Origin: Chloroflexota bacterium
GTDB taxonomy: Bacteria; Chloroflexota; Limnocylindria; Limnocylindrales; CSP1-4
Direction: 5' to 3'
Length of the DNA: 64,000 bases
NCBI GenBank assembly: GCA_005889475.1
Contig: VBGT01000051.1
Span: 1,859-65,858 of the forward strand
The notes beneath the pieces are model-generated. The model ran no database searches and was not told where the DNA came from. It was given only the letters and a program-made list of their open reading frames with translations. The position numbers and the translations under genes are program-made. Shown here one piece after another: positions 59,375 through 64,000 of the stretch; the first letter of the stretch is position 1, and each line of letters begins with the position of its first letter.

Positions 59375-62113
59375 TTGCCTCGGTCGGGTCGTCGGTCACG
59401 TCCGCTTCAAGGACGCTCCCTCCTCCCCTCAGTCGGCGCCTTGCGCTCGGCCCGGCTGACCGGGCGAGCGAATCGCGTCAAGAGATCTTCGTCAGCTTGG
59501 CGCCGTTGGTGCGGCGCGGCTGAGCGTTCGAGCGCAAGAGGCCTACTGCGCGGAGAGGGGCTCCTCCGTCGCCTCGTCAACGGAGCTGCCGCCGAGGTCC
59601 CCCGCGAGCCGGACCGGAGCCTCCTCGAGGTCCTCCGCGACGAGCTCGACGTCACCGGGCCGAAGCCGGGCTGCGGCGAGGGCGTCTGTGGCGCCTGCAC
59701 CGTCCTCATCGACCGCGATCCCGTGCGGAGCTGCCAGACATGGCTGTCGGCCGCCGACGCCCGCGAGGTCCTGACGATCGAGGGCCTCGCCCAGGCCGGG
59801 GTGCTCCATCTTGTCCAGCAGGCGTTCCTGGAGGAGGGCGCATTCCAGTGCGGCTATTGCACGCCCGGGATGATCCTGTCCACCGCAGCCCTGCTCGAGT
59901 CGACGCCGGACCCCACCGATGCGGCGATCCGTGCCGGGCTCGAGGGCAACGTCTGCCGCTGCGGCACGTACGTGCGGATCCTCGCGGCCGTCCGGCGTGC
60001 CGCGAGCCTGCCCGCCGAGGAGCTGGAGGGCATGCCGGCCGTCGAGCCGCTGGCGGCGCCGATCGACCCAGAGCGTCGCCCGAGGGCGCCGTGGGACCTG
60101 ACCTCGTCGTCCGAGCGCGACTGGTTCGACGTGCTGCCGGACGGCCTGGTCGTCGTCGGCGAGCCGGACCGATCCGGGGGCTGGTCGACGACGTCGGGGG
60201 CGTGGCTCCACGTCGGCGGCGACGGGGTCGTGACGGCCTTCACCGGCAAGGTCGACGGCGGCCAGGACAACCGGACCGGGCTGTCGATCATCGTCGCCGA
60301 GGCCGTCGGGGTCCCGCTGCGCGATGTCCGGCTGGTCATGGGCGACACCGACCTGTGCCCCCACGACGAGGGCACGTTCGGCAGCCGCTCGACGCCGGAC
60401 GCCGGGCGCGAGCTCCAGGTCGTCGGGGAGGCGGCGCGTGGGGTGCTCGACGGCCTTGCCGGCGCTCCCGGCCGGACGTCGGAGAGGATCGGCGAGCTCG
60501 TCCATGGGCTGCGACGCGTCGAGGTAGCGAGCCCGGCGGGCCGACGGCGATCGGGCGCAGCGGCCGAGGAGCGGGCGGGTCGGACGTCGTCGACGCGATC
60601 GGGTGTCCCTCGCCTCACCGGGCCATCGATCGTGACCGGGACGAAGCGCTACCCATCCGACATCATCCGGCCGGGCATGCGCCATGGCCAGGTGCTGCGC
60701 CCGCCCGCGGCCGGGGCGGCGCTGCGGTCGGTCGAGCTCGGCGAGGTCACCAGCGACGGCGTGACGCTCGTCCACGAGGGCGCATTCGTCGGTGTCGTCG
60801 CTGCGACACCCGATCAGGCACGCAGCGCCCTCGCCCGTGCGAAGCCCGAGTGGGACCTGCCGAACGAGCCGGGCGAAGTCGATCTCGAATCGCACCTCCG
60901 TGCCCACCCCGTCGAGGACGAGGGCTGGGAGGGCGGCTTCCATCGGGCGACGGGCGACGTCGGTAGGGCGCTCGAGACGGCCCAGATCCGCATCGACGCG
61001 ACCTACCGGACCGCATTCATCGCGCACGTGCCGATGGAGACGCGTGCCGCCGTCGCGGAGTGGAGCGATGACGGCCGGCTCACGATCTGGACGGGGACCC
61101 AGGTGCCGTTCGGGGTGCGAGAGGAGGTAGCCGCCGCGCTGGCGATCCCCGAGGCGGCGATCCGGGTCATCGTCCCGGACTTCGGCGGCGGGTTCGGCGG
61201 GAAGCACGCCGGCGGGGTCGCCGTCGAGGCGGCGCGCCTCGCGCGGGCGACCGGTTCGCCGGTGAAGGTCCGCTGGAGCCGGGAGGACGAGTTCCGCCAC
61301 GGCTACCTCCGACCGGCCGCGGTGATCGACATCCGCGCCGGCGCGGACCGTGGGGGACGCCTCACGGCCTGGGAGATGACGAACCTCAACTCCGGGTCGT
61401 TCGGGCTCACGGGCCCGTACGAGGTCCCCAACCTGCGGCTCGAGTACCAAGCCGCCGCGTCGCCGCTGCCCCAGGGCTCGTATCGAGCGCTGGCTGCGAC
61501 GGCCAACCACTTTGCCCGCGAGTCGGCGATGGACGAGGTCGCCGTCGCCCTCGAGATCGACCCGCTCGAGCTGCGGCTGACCCACCTCGGCGACGGGCGC
61601 CTTGCGGCCGCCCTCGGTGCGGCCGCCGACAGGATCGACTGGACCCGGGAGCGGGAGCAGGGCGTGGGACTCGGGATCGCCGGGGGCATCGAGAAGGAGG
61701 CCCGCGTCGCCACGGCCGTCGAGCTGCGGGTCGGCGAGGACCGGCGGCTCCTGCTCGCGCGGGTCGTCACCGCCTTCGACTGCGGGCGAATCGTCAACCC
61801 CGACGCCCTCACGAACCAGATCCAGGGCGCGATCTCGATGGGCCTCGGCGGGGCGCTGTTCGAGGCCGTCCACTTCGAGCCCGGCGGGGTCCTGACGAAT
61901 GCGTCCATGACCGACTACCGGGTGCCGCGGATCACCGACCTGCCGGGCATCGAGGTGGTCCTGCTCGACCGGCCGGACGTGCCATCGGCAGGCGCCGGCG
62001 AGACGCCGATCATCGCGCTGGCGCCGGCCATCGCGAATGCGATCTTCGATGCCGCGGGCATCCGTCTCCGGGACATGCCCCTCCTGCCAGACGGTCACAT
62101 CGCCCTTGACTGA
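59375..62113 (+). CDS. Xanthine dehydrogenase/aldehyde oxidase family enzyme: [2Fe-2S] small subunit fused to a molybdopterin-binding large subunit. The start codon is uncertain.
   Basis: 2Fe-2S motifs (GCGEGVCGACTV, CGYCTPGM, CRCGTY) then MoCo-binding large-subunit domains. No canonical start codon is in frame for about 90 nt upstream of the LVNG region. Confidence 0.75.
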   Translation: MPRSGRRSRPLQGRSLLPSVGALRSARLTGRANRVKRSSSAWRRWCGAAERSSARGLLRGEGLLRRLVNGAAAEVPREPDRSLLEVLRDELDVTGPKPGCGEGVCGACTVLIDRDPVRSCQTWLSAADAREVLTIEGLAQAGVLHLVQQAFLEEGAFQCGYCTPGMILSTAALLESTPDPTDAAIRAGLEGNVCRCGTYVRILAAVRRAASLPAEELEGMPAVEPLAAPIDPERRPRAPWDLTSSSERDWFDVLPDGLVVVGEPDRSGGWSTTSGAWLHVGGDGVVTAFTGKVDGGQDNRTGLSIIVAEAVGVPLRDVRLVMGDTDLCPHDEGTFGSRSTPDAGRELQVVGEAARGVLDGLAGAPGRTSERIGELVHGLRRVEVASPAGRRRSGAAAEERAGRTSSTRSGVPRLTGPSIVTGTKRYPSDIIRPGMRHGQVLRPPAAGAALRSVELGEVTSDGVTLVHEGAFVGVVAATPDQARSALARAKPEWDLPNEPGEVDLESHLRAHPVEDEGWEGGFHRATGDVGRALETAQIRIDATYRTAFIAHVPMETRAAVAEWSDDGRLTIWTGTQVPFGVREEVAAALAIPEAAIRVIVPDFGGGFGGKHAGGVAVEAARLARATGSPVKVRWSREDEFRHGYLRPAAVIDIRAGADRGGRLTAWEMTNLNSGSFGLTGPYEVPNLRLEYQAAASPLPQGSYRALAATANHFARESAMDEVAVALEIDPLELRLTHLGDGRLAAALGAAADRIDWTREREQGVGLGIAGGIEKEARVATAVELRVGEDRRLLLARVVTAFDCGRIVNPDALTNQIQGAISMGLGGALFEAVHFEPGGVLTNASMTDYRVPRITDLPGIEVVLLDRPDVPSAGAGETPIIALAPAIANAIFDAAGIRLRDMPLLPDGHIALD

Positions 62114-62129
62114 CGGCACCCGGGCGCCG

Positions 62130-63413
62130 GTGCCCACCGGTATCGGGCGGTTCGTGCCGCCGTTGCTGCGCGAGACGGAGTTCCGGCGCTTCTGGATCGG
62201 GCAGACGATCTCGGTCTTCGGCGACCAGGTGACGCTGCTCGCGCTCCCGATCGTGGCGGTGCTGATCCTCCACGCAGACCCAACGCAGATGGGCCTCCTC
62301 ACCGCGATCGGCCTGCTGCCGCATCTCCTGTTCTCGCTCCCGGCCGGCGTCTGGCTGGACCGCGTTCGGGTCCGCCGCCGGCTGATGATCCTGTGCGACA
62401 TCGGTCGAGCGCTGGCGATCGCCGTCATCCCGGCGGCCTTTGTCCTTCACTGGCTCGGGCTCGAGCTGCTGTTCGTCGTCGCGTTCGTTGTCGGGTCCCT
62501 GAGCGTCGTCTTCGACATCTCATGGAACACGCTGTTCGTCTCGGTCGCAAAGCGAGAGCAATACGTCGAGGCGACGGCCCTGCTGAACGGCAGCCGGTCG
62601 CTGGCAACCGTGGCCGGCCCGGCGATCAGCGGCATCCTGATCCAGCTCTTCCGGGCGCCCATCGCGCTGCTGGCCGACGCGCTCTCGTACCTCGGCTCCG
62701 TCGTCTTCCTCCGCCGGATCACGGCGCCGGAGCCACCGATCGAGCACGAGCCGGGGACGATTCGCCAGCAGCTGCGGGCCGGCCTCGCCTTCATCTTCGG
62801 CGACCCGATCATCCGCCCGACCATCCTCTCGGCCGCCACGCTCAACCTGTTCAACTTCTGCTTCCAGGCGCTGTTCATCCTGTACGCGACCGTCTACCTC
62901 GGGGTCGAGCCGGGGATCCTCGGGCTCGCCCTCGGCGCAGGCGCCATCGGCGGAGTCCTGGGGGCGGTCTTCGCATCGCGCGTCGGCCGGGCTCTCGGGA
63001 TCGGGCGCGCCTACGTGCTCGGCCTCATCGTCTTTCCCGGCTCGGTCATCCTGATCCCGCTGGCACAGGGCCTGCCGCAGGCGCTGATCCTGGTGTTCCT
63101 GTTCCTCTCGGAGTTCGGCCAGGGCATCGGGGTGATGATCCTGGACATCAATGTCGGGGCGATGATCCAGGCACGCACCCCGGATCGGATCCGGGGGCGC
63201 GCGAACGGCGCTTTCCGGTTCATCAACATGGGCATCCGACCGATCGGTGCGACGATCGGCGGCATCCTGGGTGGGCTGATCGGCGTGCGCGAGACGCTGT
63301 TCATCGTGATCGTGCTGCAGCTCGCGGGGGTGCTCTGGCTGTACGGGACGCCCGTCCTCGGCCTGCGCGGGATGCCCGAGCCGGCGGACCTCGACTCGTC
63401 CGGCGTCGTCTAG
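62130..63413 (+). CDS. MFS transporter
   Basis: GTG start (alternative TTG at 62106). 12 TM. MFS motifs. Confidence 0.8.
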   Translation: MPTGIGRFVPPLLRETEFRRFWIGQTISVFGDQVTLLALPIVAVLILHADPTQMGLLTAIGLLPHLLFSLPAGVWLDRVRVRRRLMILCDIGRALAIAVIPAAFVLHWLGLELLFVVAFVVGSLSVVFDISWNTLFVSVAKREQYVEATALLNGSRSLATVAGPAISGILIQLFRAPIALLADALSYLGSVVFLRRITAPEPPIEHEPGTIRQQLRAGLAFIFGDPIIRPTILSAATLNLFNFCFQALFILYATVYLGVEPGILGLALGAGAIGGVLGAVFASRVGRALGIGRAYVLGLIVFPGSVILIPLAQGLPQALILVFLFLSEFGQGIGVMILDINVGAMIQARTPDRIRGRANGAFRFINMGIRPIGATIGGILGGLIGVRETLFIVIVLQLAGVLWLYGTPVLGLRGMPEPADLDSSGVV

Positions 63414-64000
63414 GCGGGGGCGCTCTCGCGGGCGAGGCGGCGCAGCACGGCCGGCAGGATGCCGCCGTTGCGGTAATAGTCGAGCTCGATCGGGCCGTCG
63501 ATGCGGCAGGTCACGTCGAAGGTCCGCGCCTTGCCGTCGTCGGCTCGCGCCGTCACCCGCAGCCGGGCGCGCGGCGCGAGCGTCTCGACGCCGCGGATGC
63601 TGAACGCCTCGCGTCCGGTCAGGCCGAGCGACGCGAGGTTCTGGCCGGCCAGGAACTCGAGCGGCAGGATGCCCATGCCCACGAGGTTGGTGCGGTGGAT
63701 GCGCTCGAACGTCTCCGCGATGACGGCCCGGACGCCGAGCAGCAGGGGCCCTTTCGCCGCCCAGTCGCGCGACGAGCCGGAGCCGTACTCGCGCCCGGCG
63801 ATCGCGATCAGCGGCACGGCTTCCTCGCGGTAGCGGAGCGCGATGTCGTAGATGAAGCCCTCCTCGCCATCGGGCAGGTGGACGGTGTACGGGCCCTCCT
63901 TCTCGCCGGCCAGCGCGTTGTGCAGCCGGATGTTGCCGAAGGTGCCGCGGATGAGGACCTCGTGGTGGCCGCGCCGGGCGCCGTACGAGTTGAACTCGAG
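63410..64000 (-). CDS. acnA: Aconitate hydratase A, C-terminal (swivel) domain. The gene continues past the window end.
   Basis: AGREYGSGSSRDWAAKG...AVIAETFERIHRTNLVGMGILPL is the aconitase C-terminal signature. The reading frame stays open upstream to 64000 (NSYGARRGHHEVLIRGTF). Confidence 0.88.
   Translation of the reverse strand, partial: LEFNSYGARRGHHEVLIRGTFGNIRLHNALAGEKEGPYTVHLPDGEEGFIYDIALRYREEAVPLIAIAGREYGSGSSRDWAAKGPLLLGVRAVIAETFERIHRTNLVGMGILPLEFLAGQNLASLGLTGREAFSIRGVETLAPRARLRVTARADDGKARTFDVTCRIDGPIELDYYRNGGILPAVLRRLARESAPA

Overview
High-GC (~70%) bacterial chromosomal window (64 kb). Synteny suggests a deep-branching Actinobacteria-like or Chloroflexi-like lineage. Supporting this: an F420-type LLM oxidoreductase; recurring TAGAAT -10 boxes with short or absent leaders; FtsA and a DUF1290 (sbp) gene inside the dcw cluster. 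Content from left to right: (1) a stress/regulatory block: DUF1801, SAM methyltransferase, NarL response regulator, ACT protein, msrB, an ECF sigma/anti-sigma pair plus MFS transporter, a histidine phosphatase, msrA, and pspC with a LiaF-like gene. (2) plsC, a UbiA prenyltransferase, a secreted repeat protein, and parB-parA with DnaA boxes. (3) a propionyl-CoA to succinyl-CoA block (pccB, accC, BCCP, methylmalonyl-CoA mutase catalytic subunit, epimerase), then sucCD, icd, sdhCAB and rnhA. (4) a large adenylate-cyclase/AAA/TPR gene that looks disrupted, rnpB, LysM and lipoprotein genes. (5) a nearly complete dcw cluster: mraZ-rsmH-(small ORF)-ftsL-ftsI-murF-mraY-murD-ftsW-murG-murB-ddl-ftsQ-sbp-ftsA-[antisense membrane gene]-ftsZ-yggS-yggT-DUF167. 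(6) tRNA-Val, a fused xanthine-dehydrogenase-family enzyme, an MFS transporter, and the 3' end of acnA. Most unusual observations: (a) two inverted copies of a ~150-nt structured repeat bracketing the ECF sigma module. (b) two or three decayed direct copies of the msrA 3' end upstream of intact msrA, with a lower-GC islet carrying an FkbM methyltransferase between them, which is the signature of serial site-specific integration into the msrA 3' end. (c) sdhA lacks its N-terminal FAD domain exactly at the edge of a perfect 161-bp inverted duplication of its own internal sequence. (d) a GTCYTTGCGCAAAGAC palindrome present three times, twice immediately upstream of acyl-CoA carboxylase genes. All calls rest on reading the six-frame translations and motifs by eye. 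No database searches were run, and coordinates of hand-adjusted starts may be off by a few nucleotides.
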